Shown: in pieces, positions 40,761 through 49,894 of the stretch
How positions within the stretch are numbered: the stretch's first letter is position 1
Layout of the letters: every line of letters starts with the position of its first letter
DNA from: an uncultured Candidatus Rokubacteria bacterium
Lineage (GTDB): Bacteria > Methylomirabilota > Methylomirabilia > Rokubacteriales > CSP1-6
Direction: 5' to 3'
Assembly: GCA_963747235.1 (NCBI GenBank)
Contig: CAVVEU010000025.1
Span: 1-64,000 of the forward strand
Length of the DNA: 64,000 nt
Position numbers and translations under genes: made by a program
Notes under the pieces: generated by a model
What the model saw: the letters and a program-made list of their open reading frames with translations, nothing else
Told to the model about the DNA's origin: nothing
Database searches by the model: none

Positions 40761-41800
40761 GCCGCCTCCCGGCGCGCGAGCACGCGCAGCTTGGCGCTGC
40801 GGGCGCGCGGATTCAGGGCGGTCTCCTCGCGGCCCGCGGTGACCGGCGAGGGCTCGAGCTCCACGAAGCCCGAATCCTCGAGCGAGCGGAACGCGCGCTT
40901 CACCACCCGGTCGTCGCCCGAGTGGAACGAGATGACGCCGAGGCGGCCGCCGTTCTCCAGGAGCGCGGCGGCCTGCGGCAGCGCCTCCGCGAGCGCGCCG
41001 GGCTCGTCGTTGACCGCCATGCGCACCGCCTGGAAGGTGCGGGTCGCCACGTGGGTGCGCTTCGACCACGCGGCGCGCGGCACCGCGCGCTTCACCACCG
41101 AGACCAGATCGGCGGCGGTCCGCAGCGGGCTGCGGCGGCGCTGCTCCACGAGCACGCGCGCGATGCGCCGGGCGTGCCGCTCCTCGCCATACTCGGCGAG
41201 CAGGACCTCGATCTCGTCGGCGGCCAGGCGGCCGAGCAGCTCCGCCGCGGTGTCGCCCTCGCTCGGATCGAAGCGCATGTCGAGTGGCTCCTCTCCCTGG
41301 AATGAGAACCCGCGACCGGACTCGTCCAGTTGATACGACGAGAGTCCGAGGTCCAGCAGCACCGCGGCCGCGCGCTCCACGCCCGCGTCCGTCGCGATCG
41401 CGCGAAGGTGGCGGAAGCTGCCGCGCACCAGCACCACGCGGGCGCCGAAGCGCTCCAGGCGGCGCGCCGCGCGCGCGAGGGCTTCGGGGTCGCGATCGAT
41501 TCCGAGCAGGCGGCTCTCGCCACCCGACGTCTCCAGCAGCTGCTCCGCGTGTCCGCCCATGCCGATTGTCCCGTCCACCACCCAGCCCCCACGACGGGGG
41601 CGCAAGAGGAATGTCACCTCGTCGAGCAGGACCGGGATGTGGGCGGCCGCTGCGTGTTCGGGCTCTTCCCTGCTGCCACCGGAAGCTTCTCTTTCAAATG
41701 CGCTCGGCTCGCCTTCGGCTTCACCTCGCCCTGCCACTGCTCCGCGGTCATGCCGTTGGTGTGTCGTGCGTTCTTGCCGTTGCCGTTGCTTCTTGCGCAT
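40757..41800 (-). CDS. rsmH: 16S rRNA m4C1402 methyltransferase with ~50-aa N-terminal extension
   Basis: HIPVLLDE, DGTIGMGGH, DLGLSSYQ, PLDMRF, ISFHS, NPRARSAKLR. Confidence 0.94.
   Translation of the reverse strand: MRKKQRQRQERTTHQRHDRGAVAGRGEAEGEPSAFEREASGGSREEPEHAAAAHIPVLLDEVTFLLRPRRGGWVVDGTIGMGGHAEQLLETSGGESRLLGIDRDPEALARAARRLERFGARVVLVRGSFRHLRAIATDAGVERAAAVLLDLGLSSYQLDESGRGFSFQGEEPLDMRFDPSEGDTAAELLGRLAADEIEVLLAEYGEERHARRIARVLVEQRRRSPLRTAADLVSVVKRAVPRAAWSKRTHVATRTFQAVRMAVNDEPGALAEALPQAAALLENGGRLGVISFHSGDDRVVKRAFRSLEDSGFVELEPSPVTAGREETALNPRARSAKLRVLARREAA
41702..41731 (-). repeat. Repeat family B module within the rsmH 5' extension
   Basis: GCTCGGCTCGCCTTCGGCTTCACCTCGCCC is near-identical to 21123-21152 and 45478-45507. 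Confidence 0.75.
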
Positions 41801-41802
41801 TC

Positions 41803-42243
41803 CTAGACGCCCTTCTGGGCGAGGCGGTCGCGCAGGTTGTCGAGCGGGCCCGCGTTCTCGCGCTGATAATGCGACCAGCGATCCTCGTCCCAGATCTCGA
41901 AGTGATCCATCATCCCGATGATCACCACGTTCTTCGCGAGCGCGCCGCGCTCGCGGTAGTCCTGCAGGATCTGGATGCGGCCGTGCGGATCGAGCACGAC
42001 GTCGAGCCCCGCGGAGAGGTACACGTGCTGGAAGAGGCGGCGATCCGGGTCGAGCTTGGCCAGCTTGTTCACGCTCTCTTCGAGCTCGCGCCACTTGTCG
42101 TCGGGGTACACGTCGAGCGACGTGCCGTTGGGCGCCATCACCAGGCGGTCGCTGCCGCCCTCCCGCAGCACGTCCCGGAACTTCGCCGGGATGCTGAGGC
42201 GCCCCTTCGGGTCGATCGTGTGCCTGAAATGCCCCCGAAACAC
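41803..42243 (-). CDS. mraZ: Division/cell wall cluster transcriptional repressor MraZ
   Basis: FRGHFRHTIDPKGRLSIP, LDPHGRI, IGMMDHFEIWD. Confidence 0.94.
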   Translation of the reverse strand: MFRGHFRHTIDPKGRLSIPAKFRDVLREGGSDRLVMAPNGTSLDVYPDDKWRELEESVNKLAKLDPDRRLFQHVYLSAGLDVVLDPHGRIQILQDYRERGALAKNVVIIGMMDHFEIWDEDRWSHYQRENAGPLDNLRDRLAQKGV

Positions 42244-42336
42244 TGTCCCCCCCACCGGGGCCCAACCGCCCCCGGAGCCGTCCTGAAATGACTTCTTAAT
42301 GACACTTCATGGGATTTCATCCCACTTCCGGGGACC

Positions 42337-42365
42337 ATCCTAGAAGGGGTCGCTAGGGGTGTCAA
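42337..42365 (-). promoter_or_regulatory. sigma70 promoter of the dcw operon
   Basis: TTGACA-N17-TAGGAT; GTGGG-like motifs downstream may be MraZ boxes. Confidence 0.78.
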
Positions 42366-42477
42366 GGGAAAACTCCAAGATTTTCAAGGCCATTCAGACC
42401 CACCCCCTGGCCCATGGGTTGGGGGTGGCCAGGCCGGCGCTACAGCAGGTAGAGGACCGGGGGCCGGGCGCCGGACC

Positions 42478-43263
42478 CTAGCGGGCCGGGCGGTAGTACG
42501 TGAGGGCCTCCGGCAGCCAGCCCTCGATCTGCTGGATCCGGGTGGCCTCGGAGGGGTGCGTCGAGAGGAACTCGGGGGGCCGCTGGCCCTTGGAGGCCTC
42601 GGCCATGCGCTTCCACAGCTCGAGCGACGCGCGCGGATCGTAGCCGGCCTTGGCCATCAGGATCAGGCCCAGGTGGTCGGCCTCCGACTCCTGCGCGCGG
42701 CCCCACGGCAGCAGCACGCCGACCGAGGCGCCCGCGCCGAGGGCGGCGCTCACGAGCTGCACGGTGGCCGGATTGCTGCTCGCCATGCCCGCCAGCACCT
42801 GCGTCACCGTCTGCACGCCCATCTGCTGGCTCACCCGCTCGCCGCCGTGGCGCGCGAGCACGTGGCCGATCTCGTGCGCCAGCACCGCGGCCAGGCCGGC
42901 CTCGTCACGCGTGATCGGTAGCATGCCGGTGTAGACCGCCACCTTGCCGCCCGGCAGCGCGAAGGCGTTGGCCTGCTTGTCGTCCTGGATGACGCGGAAC
43001 TCCCACTGGTAGCCCAGATCGGTCACCGCCGCGATCCGGCTGCCCACGCGCTGGACCATCGCATTGGCCTGCGCGTCGGTGGACAGGGTCGCCTTCCCGA
43101 CGATCTCCTTGAAGGACTGCACGCCCATCTGCGCTTCTTCGCTCGGCGAGACGAGCTGGATCTGCCGGCGGCCCGTGTAGGGCACGGTCTCGCAGCCCAT
43201 GGGGGCGGCCAGAACCAGGAGGAGGAGCGTGGCGAAGACGTACCGGCGAGACACGGCGGTCAT
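42478..43263 (-). CDS. M48-family zinc metallopeptidase lipoprotein
   Basis: Lipobox PMGC, NAFALPGGK, AHEIGH, ESEAD, FLSTHP; possible start GTG 43254. Confidence 0.92.
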   Translation of the reverse strand: MTAVSRRYVFATLLLLVLAAPMGCETVPYTGRRQIQLVSPSEEAQMGVQSFKEIVGKATLSTDAQANAMVQRVGSRIAAVTDLGYQWEFRVIQDDKQANAFALPGGKVAVYTGMLPITRDEAGLAAVLAHEIGHVLARHGGERVSQQMGVQTVTQVLAGMASSNPATVQLVSAALGAGASVGVLLPWGRAQESEADHLGLILMAKAGYDPRASLELWKRMAEASKGQRPPEFLSTHPSEATRIQQIEGWLPEALTYYRPAR

Positions 43264-43264
43264 T

Positions 43265-43813
43265 CTACCAGAGCCGATTGCGGAGCGTGGCCTGCGTCTC
43301 CATGAGCACGCCCGTCCCGGCGCTGCCGACCTCGAGCTGCACCCGCACCGCGATCACCGCCGCGGGATCGGTGGTCTCCGCGCCCGCGCGATCGAGGTAG
43401 CGCAGGCGCAGCGCGCGCACGCCGTTGATCACCGGCTGCGCCCCGCCCCCCGCGTCCCGCCGCAGGATGGACTCCCCCGCCCGCAGCACGTAGGTCACGC
43501 GCTCGCGGGTGGGATCGATGACGCCGTTGCCGTTCATGTCCCGCTGGAATTCGATGCGGGCGGGCTCGGCCACCACGACGGGGGCGATGCCGGCCGCGGT
43601 GGGATCGTACCCGGCCTCGCGCAGCTCGCTCGCCATGCGCTCGAGCGCGTAGCGCACCGACTGCTGCGCCTCGACCCGCGCGGCGCCCCAGACCCAGGCG
43701 TGGAGTCCCAGGTGCAGCAGGGTGGCGGTGGCGGCCAGCATCCCGCCGCCGACCGCAAGCGCCACCAGCAGGTCCACCAGCGAGTACCCACGATCCGCGC
43801 GCCGCCGGTCCAC
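43265..43813 (-). CDS. PilW/GspJ-like minor pilin or pseudopilin
   Basis: Prepilin site RG-YSLVDLLVALAV, QQSVRYALERMASELREAGY, DMNGNG motif; start approximate. Confidence 0.75.
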   Translation of the reverse strand: MDRRRADRGYSLVDLLVALAVGGGMLAATATLLHLGLHAWVWGAARVEAQQSVRYALERMASELREAGYDPTAAGIAPVVVAEPARIEFQRDMNGNGVIDPTRERVTYVLRAGESILRRDAGGGAQPVINGVRALRLRYLDRAGAETTDPAAVIAVRVQLEVGSAGTGVLMETQATLRNRLW

Positions 43814-44037
43814 CCACCAACACTCGCCGTCGACGCCGAGCACCCGCAACGCCCACATTTCGGAACGTCCAATCTTAGATACAGCGCGCTCAAAAAACAC
43901 CGGCGGCGCGAGCCGCCTACCTTACAGAGGTCGCCCCTTGGGGCGACCGTAAGATCAAATGCACTACCGCAGACCCAAGTAAGCTGACCGGGTGCCCTAC
44001 CGGCGCGGGCTGTCCGCCGGCCGCGACGCGCCCGCGA

Positions 44038-45452
44038 CTAGACCGGCGGCCGCAGATGCGCCCAGGGCGCGATCTGCTCGAACGCGGCCGAGGCCCGCAG
44101 CACGGTGGCGTCCTCGAAGCGCCGGCCCAGGATCTGCAGCCCGATGGGCAGCTTGTCGCTCGTGAACCCGCAGGGCACCGAGGCGCCCGGATGGCCGGTC
44201 ATGTTGAACGGATACGTGAACGGGATCCAGTCGTAGATCCCGGTCGGCGTGCCCGCGATCTCGCTGGGGCCGTCGAGGCCGACCTTGAAGGCCGCGCACG
44301 CGATGGTCGGCGTCAGCAGCAGGTCGTAGCGCTCGAAGAGCCGGCGCGGGTGCTCTTCCCAGGCGAGCCGGTCGAACCAGGCCTGGACGAACTGGGTGGG
44401 GCTCCAGCCCCGCGTCTCGTCGGCGATCGCGACCAGCCCCGCGTCGATGTCGTCGCGCCGCTCGCGCAGCGCGGGCCCGAGGCGGGCGGCGATGCCGCCC
44501 AGGAACATGGTCCGCCACGCGGCCTGCGGGCTCGGCCACTTCGGCGCGACCTCCTCCACGCGACAGCCCAAGTCGCGGAACCGTCGCGCCGCGCGCTCGC
44601 AGGCCGCCTTCACCTCGGGGTCCACCGCCTTGGCGAAGCCCAGATCGGCGGTCCACGCCACCCGCAGGCCCTTCACCCCGCCCTTGAGCGCCTTGACGTA
44701 GTCCACCCGCGGGCCCGGCAGCGAGAAGGGGTCGCGGGCGTCGGGCCCCGCCGCCGCGTTCAGCATCAGCGCGGCGTCCGCCACCGTGCGCGTCATCGGG
44801 CCGATGTGCGAGAGGCCCCACGCGGCGCTGAACGGATAGATCGGCACGAGGCCGAACGTGGGCTTGATGCCGTAGATGCCGGCCAGCGACGACGGGATGC
44901 GGATCGAGCCGCCGCCGTCGGTGCCGATGGCGAGCGGGCCCATCCCGGCGGCCACCGCCGCGCTGGCGCCGCCGCTCGAGCCGCCCGGCGTGCGATCGAG
45001 GTTCCACGGGTTGCGCGTGATGCCGAAGAGCAGGTTATGCGTCGCGCCGATCCAGCCCATCATCGGCGTGTTGGTCTTGCCGAGCTGGATGGCGCCGGCG
45101 GCCCGCATGCGCTCCACCATCGGCGCGTCCTCGGCCGGCACGTTGTCGGCGAAGAGTCGCGTGCCGAACGTGGTGCGGATGCCCTTGGTGATCACGAGGT
45201 CCTTGGTGGAGAACGGCACGCCGTGGAGCGGGCCGAGCTTGGCGCCCTTCTTCATCACCGCGCGCTCGGCGGCCCGCGCGTCCTTGAGCGCCTGGTCCGC
45301 GGTCAGCGTGACGAAGGCGTTGAGCGCGGATTGAGGCGCTCGATGCGGGCGAGCACCGCCTTCATCACCTCGACCGGGGAGAGCTTGCGGCGCTTGATGG
45401 CCGGGGCCATCTCGGACGCGGGGAGCCAGCAGAGGTCGTCGGACGTTGCCAT
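44038..45452 (-). CDS. Amidase signature family enzyme (frameshift near 45330)
   Basis: GPLHGVPFSTKD, GGSSGG, GTDGGGSIRIP, GLQI; N-terminus MATSDDLCWLPA..LSPVEV in a shifted frame. Confidence 0.9.
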
Positions 45453-45458
45453 GGAGAG

Positions 45459-45534
45459 CCCCCTCACTTTCTGGGCTGCTCGCCTCGCCTTCGGCTGCAG
45501 CTCGCCCTACCGCCCTCTCCCCAGAGGAGAGGGG
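45459..45534 (-). repeat. Composite REP (family A hairpin plus family B module)
   Basis: Same organisation as 21104-21180; its 3' GAGGGGG lies 6 nt before the amidase ATG. Confidence 0.75.
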
Positions 45535-45543
45535 TCTCGAGAT

Positions 45544-46446
45544 TTAGGCGCCGCGGAGACGCGGGTCGAGCGTGTCGCGGAGCGCGTCGCCGAGCAGGTT
45601 GGAGCCGAAGACGGCGAGGCTGATGGCCAGGCCCGGGAACAGCACGAGCCAGGGCGCCTTCTGCGCGTATTCCGCCGCGGAGACCGAGAGCATCCGGCCC
45701 CACGAGGGATAGGGCTCGGGCACGCCCAGGCCCAGGAACGACAGCGCGGCCTCCACCAGGATGGCGCTGCCGAGCTGCGCGGTGCACAGCACGATGAACG
45801 GTCCCATGGTATTGGGCAGGACGTGGCGGAAGGCGATGCGCAGGTGCCGGAGGCCGACCGCGCGCGCCGCCTCCACGTACTGCATCTCGCGGATCGACAG
45901 CACGCTCGCCCGGATGACCCGCGCCGCCCGCGGGATGATCGGGATCGAGATCGCGAGGACCACGTTCGGGATGGAGGGCCCGAGCGCGGCCGACATCACG
46001 AGGGCCAGCACGAGCAGCGGCAATCCCTGCAGGATGTCCATGACTCGCTGGGTGATGAGGTCGGTGTTGCCGCCGATGTAGCCGGACAGGAGCCCGATGA
46101 ATCCGCCCAGCACCGAGCCCATCAGCGTGGAGGCCAGGCCCACGATGAGCGAGACCCGCGCCCCGTGCACGACGCGCGAGTAGATGTCGCGGCCGAGGTG
46201 ATCGGAGCCCAGCCAGTGGTCGGCGCCGGGCCGGGCGAGGCTCTGCCCGGCGTCGGTGGCGATGGGGTCGTAGGTCGCGAGCTGGTTGGCGAAGACCGCG
46301 GTCAGGAACATCACGACCATAAGCATTCCGCCGATCGCCCCCAGCGGCTTCTTGCGGCAGAAGCGGCCGAGCACGGTCCACGCCCCGGGCCGGCGCAGGC
46401 CGATGCTCACCTGCGGCACCTCGACCCCGAGCGGTCTAGTGGCCAT
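45544..46446 (-). CDS. Peptide/nickel ABC permease (DppC/OppC type)
   Basis: HWLGSDHLGRD, YVEAARAVG, EAALSFLGLG, GDALRDTLDPR. Confidence 0.92.
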   Translation of the reverse strand: MATRPLGVEVPQVSIGLRRPGAWTVLGRFCRKKPLGAIGGMLMVVMFLTAVFANQLATYDPIATDAGQSLARPGADHWLGSDHLGRDIYSRVVHGARVSLIVGLASTLMGSVLGGFIGLLSGYIGGNTDLITQRVMDILQGLPLLVLALVMSAALGPSIPNVVLAISIPIIPRAARVIRASVLSIREMQYVEAARAVGLRHLRIAFRHVLPNTMGPFIVLCTAQLGSAILVEAALSFLGLGVPEPYPSWGRMLSVSAAEYAQKAPWLVLFPGLAISLAVFGSNLLGDALRDTLDPRLRGA

Positions 46447-47389
46447 AGCGGACGCGCGGGTCGAGGAAGCCGTAGAGCATGTCCACCACCAGGTTCGAGA
46501 CGATGACCACGATGGCGATGAACATGACCAGGTTCTGGACGATCGGGTAGTCCCGCCAGAGGATCGCCTCCACCAGGAAGCGCGCGAGGCCGGGCAGGTT
46601 GAAGACGGTCTCGGTCACCACGAGCCCGCCGATGAGGAACGCGAACTCGATGCCGATGACGGTGACCACGGGCAGGATCGCGTTCTGCAGCGCGTGGCGC
46701 CAGATCACGACGCTGCCGGACTGGCCCTTGGCCCGCGCGGTGCGGATGTAGTCCTCGCGCATCACCTCGAGCAGCGACGAGCGGGTGATGCGCATGATGA
46801 GCGCGGACGAGCGGTAGCCCACCGCGAGCGACGGCAGCGCGAACTGCACCGCGTGGAGCCAGAAGTTCTCGGACGGCGACACGTAGGTCACCGGCGGGAT
46901 CCACCCGATCCACGCCACCAGCCCGAGGATGATGACCATGCCCAGCCAGAACGAGGGCATGCTGAGGCCGGCGAGGCTGAAGACCCGCAGCGCGTAGTCG
47001 AGCGGGGTATCCTGACGGACCGCGCTGATCACGCCGAACGGCACGCCGAGGGCCACCGAGACGATCAGCGACAGCACCGCCAGCTCGAGCGTCACCGGGA
47101 TGAGCGGGCGGATGATCTCCCACGCGGGCAGATCGTAGCGGTACGACTTGCCCAGATCCCCGGTCATGATCTGGCGCATCCACTCGAGGTACTGCACCCA
47201 CACCGGCCGATCGAGCCCGAGCTCCTTCTCGATGGCCACCCGCTCCACCGGGTTCACGTAGCCCCCGGTGGAGAAGAGGATGTCGACGATGTCGCCCGGG
47301 GCCAGCCGCAGCATGCCGAAGATCACGATCGACATGCCGAGCAGGGTCAGGAGACCGATGCCCACGCGCTGAGCGATGTACGTCTTCAC
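46436..47389 (-). CDS. Peptide/nickel ABC permease (DppB/OppB type)
   Basis: GDLGKS, SMPSFW, DYIRTARAKG, DMLYGFLDPRVR. Confidence 0.92.
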   Translation of the reverse strand: MKTYIAQRVGIGLLTLLGMSIVIFGMLRLAPGDIVDILFSTGGYVNPVERVAIEKELGLDRPVWVQYLEWMRQIMTGDLGKSYRYDLPAWEIIRPLIPVTLELAVLSLIVSVALGVPFGVISAVRQDTPLDYALRVFSLAGLSMPSFWLGMVIILGLVAWIGWIPPVTYVSPSENFWLHAVQFALPSLAVGYRSSALIMRITRSSLLEVMREDYIRTARAKGQSGSVVIWRHALQNAILPVVTVIGIEFAFLIGGLVVTETVFNLPGLARFLVEAILWRDYPIVQNLVMFIAIVVIVSNLVVDMLYGFLDPRVRYGH

Positions 47390-47417
47390 GGTTCGAGCCG
47401 GAGTCGCGGGGGTCTCG

Positions 47418-49031
47418 TTACTTGTCCCGCCACACGTCGGCCATGCGGCCGAAGTTGTAGATGTTGTCGTGCGGGACCAGCCCCTTCACGTGCGGCCAGA
47501 ACGTGAAGTAGTCGAGCCTCCAGTCGAGGATCGGGCGCGCCGCGTCCTCCTCGATCTTGCGCTGCATCCCCGCGAGCAGCAGCAGCCGCTTCTGCGGGTT
47601 GAGCTCCTGGGACTGTTGCTCGACCAGCTTCATCACTTCCTCGCTGCAGTACTGGCTGTAGTTCCGCGGCGAGCCGCAGGCGTAGTTCTCGTAGTAGTTG
47701 GCGTCCGGCTCGTCGACGCCGAGGCCGGTGAGGTTGGCCCCGATCTGGTAGTCGCCGCGGGTCGCCATCGCGTGCCACTGCGCGGTCTCCACCTGCTTGA
47801 GGCTGGCCTCGATGCCGACCTGCTTCAGCTCGTTGATGACGAAGGAGGCCATGTCCACGTAGATCGGGATGGCCCGGGTGGCCATTTCCACGCGCAGCGG
47901 ATTCTGCGGCGTGATGCCCGCCTCGGCCAGCAGCTTCCGGGCGCGCGCCTTCATGTCCTCCGGCTTGCCGTATCCGGGCAGGCCGCCCAGGTCCTTCTCG
48001 GGCAGCCCCCAGACGCCGTACGGCTTCGGCTGCATCGAGGCGCCCAGCACCGCGCCGCCCTGGTGCACGGCCTGGATGAGCGCGCGCCGGTCGATCGCGT
48101 AGCTGACCGCCTGCCGCACCTTGGGATTGTCGAACGGCGCCTTCTTCGTGTTCATGATGATGTTGTCGCTCACCGCCTGCGGCCACCGGCGTGATCACGA
48201 GCTGCGGGACGGCCTTCTTGAGCTGCTCGGCCGCGGTCTTGGTGGTCTCACCCGGGAACGAGACGTCGAGCTGCCCCGACTGCAGCGCCGCGATCCGGGT
48301 GCCGCGCTCCTTGATGATCACGTAGCGGAGGCTGTCGAGGTAGGGACGCCCCTTCACGAAGTAGTCCGGGTTCTTCACGTAGTCCACGAACTCGCCCTTC
48401 CGCCACTCCTTCACCTTGAAGGGACCGGTGCCGATGCAGCCCGTGCGATACGTGGCGGGATTGACGTGGGCCGCGTAGATGGGCGTGTAGCCGGAGGCCA
48501 GCATGTTCAGCAGGCCCGGCTGCGGGCGCTTGAGGCGGAAGACCACCGTGTGCGGATCCGCCGCCTCGACGGCCTCGAGGTTCGCGTACCAGTCCTTGCG
48601 CGGGATTGATCCGGAGCTTCGCGGTGGCTTCGGGCGCCTCGCGCAGCATGTCGAAGGTGAACTTCACGTCCTTCGACGTGAACGGCTGGCCGTCGTGCCA
48701 CTTGACGTTCTTGCGCAGGAAGAAGACCAGGTTGCGGTAGTTGTCCTGCCAGGACCATTTCTCGGCGAGCTCGCCCACGATGTTCTCGGGGGTCTCGGGC
48801 CGCTTCAGACTGGTCGAAGACCACGAGGTTGTTGAAGCACGGCATCGACGGGAACGAGGTGGAGATCGTCGAGGACTCGTGCACCGCGAATCCCGGCGAC
48901 AGGTCCTCCCGGAGCATGATGTTCAGATGCCCGCCCGACTTCGGCGTCTGCGCCGCGGCGAGCGTGACGCCCAGGCTGAGGACCAGCAGGGCGAGAACTG
49001 GCACCAGGACCTTACAGCGGGAACGCCTCAT
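47418..49031 (-). CDS. Family 5 ABC substrate-binding protein (frameshifts near 48805, 48603 and 48175)
   Basis: Signal peptide, PKSGG, ELAEKW, VKWHDGQPFTSKDVKFT, IGTGPFK, PFDNPKVRQA. Confidence 0.88.
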
Positions 49032-49184
49032 TGTGTCCCTCCCATTCGCGAGAACGCCGGGGCGGTCGCGGGTGAAGCCGGAGTCGGTAAGTGCTGAAGA
49101 ATATACGACAACGCTCCGATTCCGACAACTGCTACCGACCCGGCCCGCGCCGCGTCCCGGGGGACCGAGGCCTCGGCCGGCCGC

Positions 49185-49697
49185 CTAGACCGCGGCGTGC
49201 GGCTCCCGGAGGCCCCGCCGCACGTCGCGGCGCGTGAGCAGCTCCTCGAGGGCGATCGTGCGGGCCCCGCCCCGCCGCCGCAGCTCGGGCCGCGCCAGGA
49301 TCGGGCGCTGGCGGATGCGCGAGGCCAGCCCGTTCCGCACCGCGCGGTCGGCGTAGAGGCGCCGGAGCGCGCGACACATGAGTGGCCGGCCCCGGTTGTA
49401 CCCGAAGCGCCGCTTGTACTCGTCGGCCGTCAACGCGTGGCTCCGCAGGTGGGTGTTCGTGAGCTGACGGAAGACACCGCCACAGACGAGGCAGTGGATC
49501 GCGTCCTCCTGCACGGCCTGGCGCGGATCGGCGCGCAGTCCGGACAGTGTGCGACGACTCCCGGTCGATCCCGCGAAGAGGCTCGCGCGCCGAACCGCCG
49601 TCGCGGCGCGGACCCGATCGCCGTGGATTGCCGGGCCGCCATTCCTGGGCGTGCGCAGCCGAAGCGGAGCGTAAGAGGACGTAGCGGTCGCGGGCAT
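49185..49697 (-). CDS. Ros/MucR-family zinc-finger regulator
   Basis: DAIHCLVCGGVFRQLTNTHLRSHALTADEYKRRFG; RBS AAGGAGG. Confidence 0.82.
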   Translation of the reverse strand: MPATATSSYAPLRLRTPRNGGPAIHGDRVRAATAVRRASLFAGSTGSRRTLSGLRADPRQAVQEDAIHCLVCGGVFRQLTNTHLRSHALTADEYKRRFGYNRGRPLMCRALRRLYADRAVRNGLASRIRQRPILARPELRRRGGARTIALEELLTRRDVRRGLREPHAAV

Positions 49698-49758
49698 GTC
49701 GGCCTCCTTCGAGCGATGAGGAACAGGAACGAAGAGAAGAAACATGTCCCTACACATC

Positions 49759-49773
49759 GCAAACCAAATGCCA
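49759..49773 (-). promoter_or_regulatory. sigma54 -24/-12 promoter
   Basis: Minus strand TGGCATTTGGTTTGC. Confidence 0.8.
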
Positions 49774-49789
49774 CTAAAATAGCTAATAT

Positions 49790-49802
49790 AATCAGTATCT
49801 TG
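49790..49802 (+). promoter_or_regulatory. IHF site
   Basis: AATCAGTATCTTG fits WATCAR-N4-TTR within an AT-rich patch between the promoter and the enhancer. Confidence 0.65.
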
Positions 49803-49832
49803 TGTAAATAAGGTATTAACGGTCGATGTTCG

Positions 49833-49889
49833 ACTGGTAAAAATCTTACCAGTGACTTGACCAGTAAGGGCTTCTAGGTAATCCTTACC
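49833..49889. promoter_or_regulatory. Putative enhancer palindromes ACTGGTAA-N5-TTACCAGT (49833-49853) and GGTAA-TCC-TTACC (49877-49889)
   Basis: Perfect inverted repeats 60-115 bp upstream of the sigma54 promoter. Confidence 0.65.
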
Positions 49890-49894
49890 GGGCG

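Noticed and set aside
37962-41333. Long antisense or alternate-frame ORFs (also 50814-53870, 56179-58719, 44056-46506, 6021-8360, 3332-5053)
   Set aside because: Shadow ORFs typical of high-GC DNA opposite well-supported genes; no recognisable motifs.
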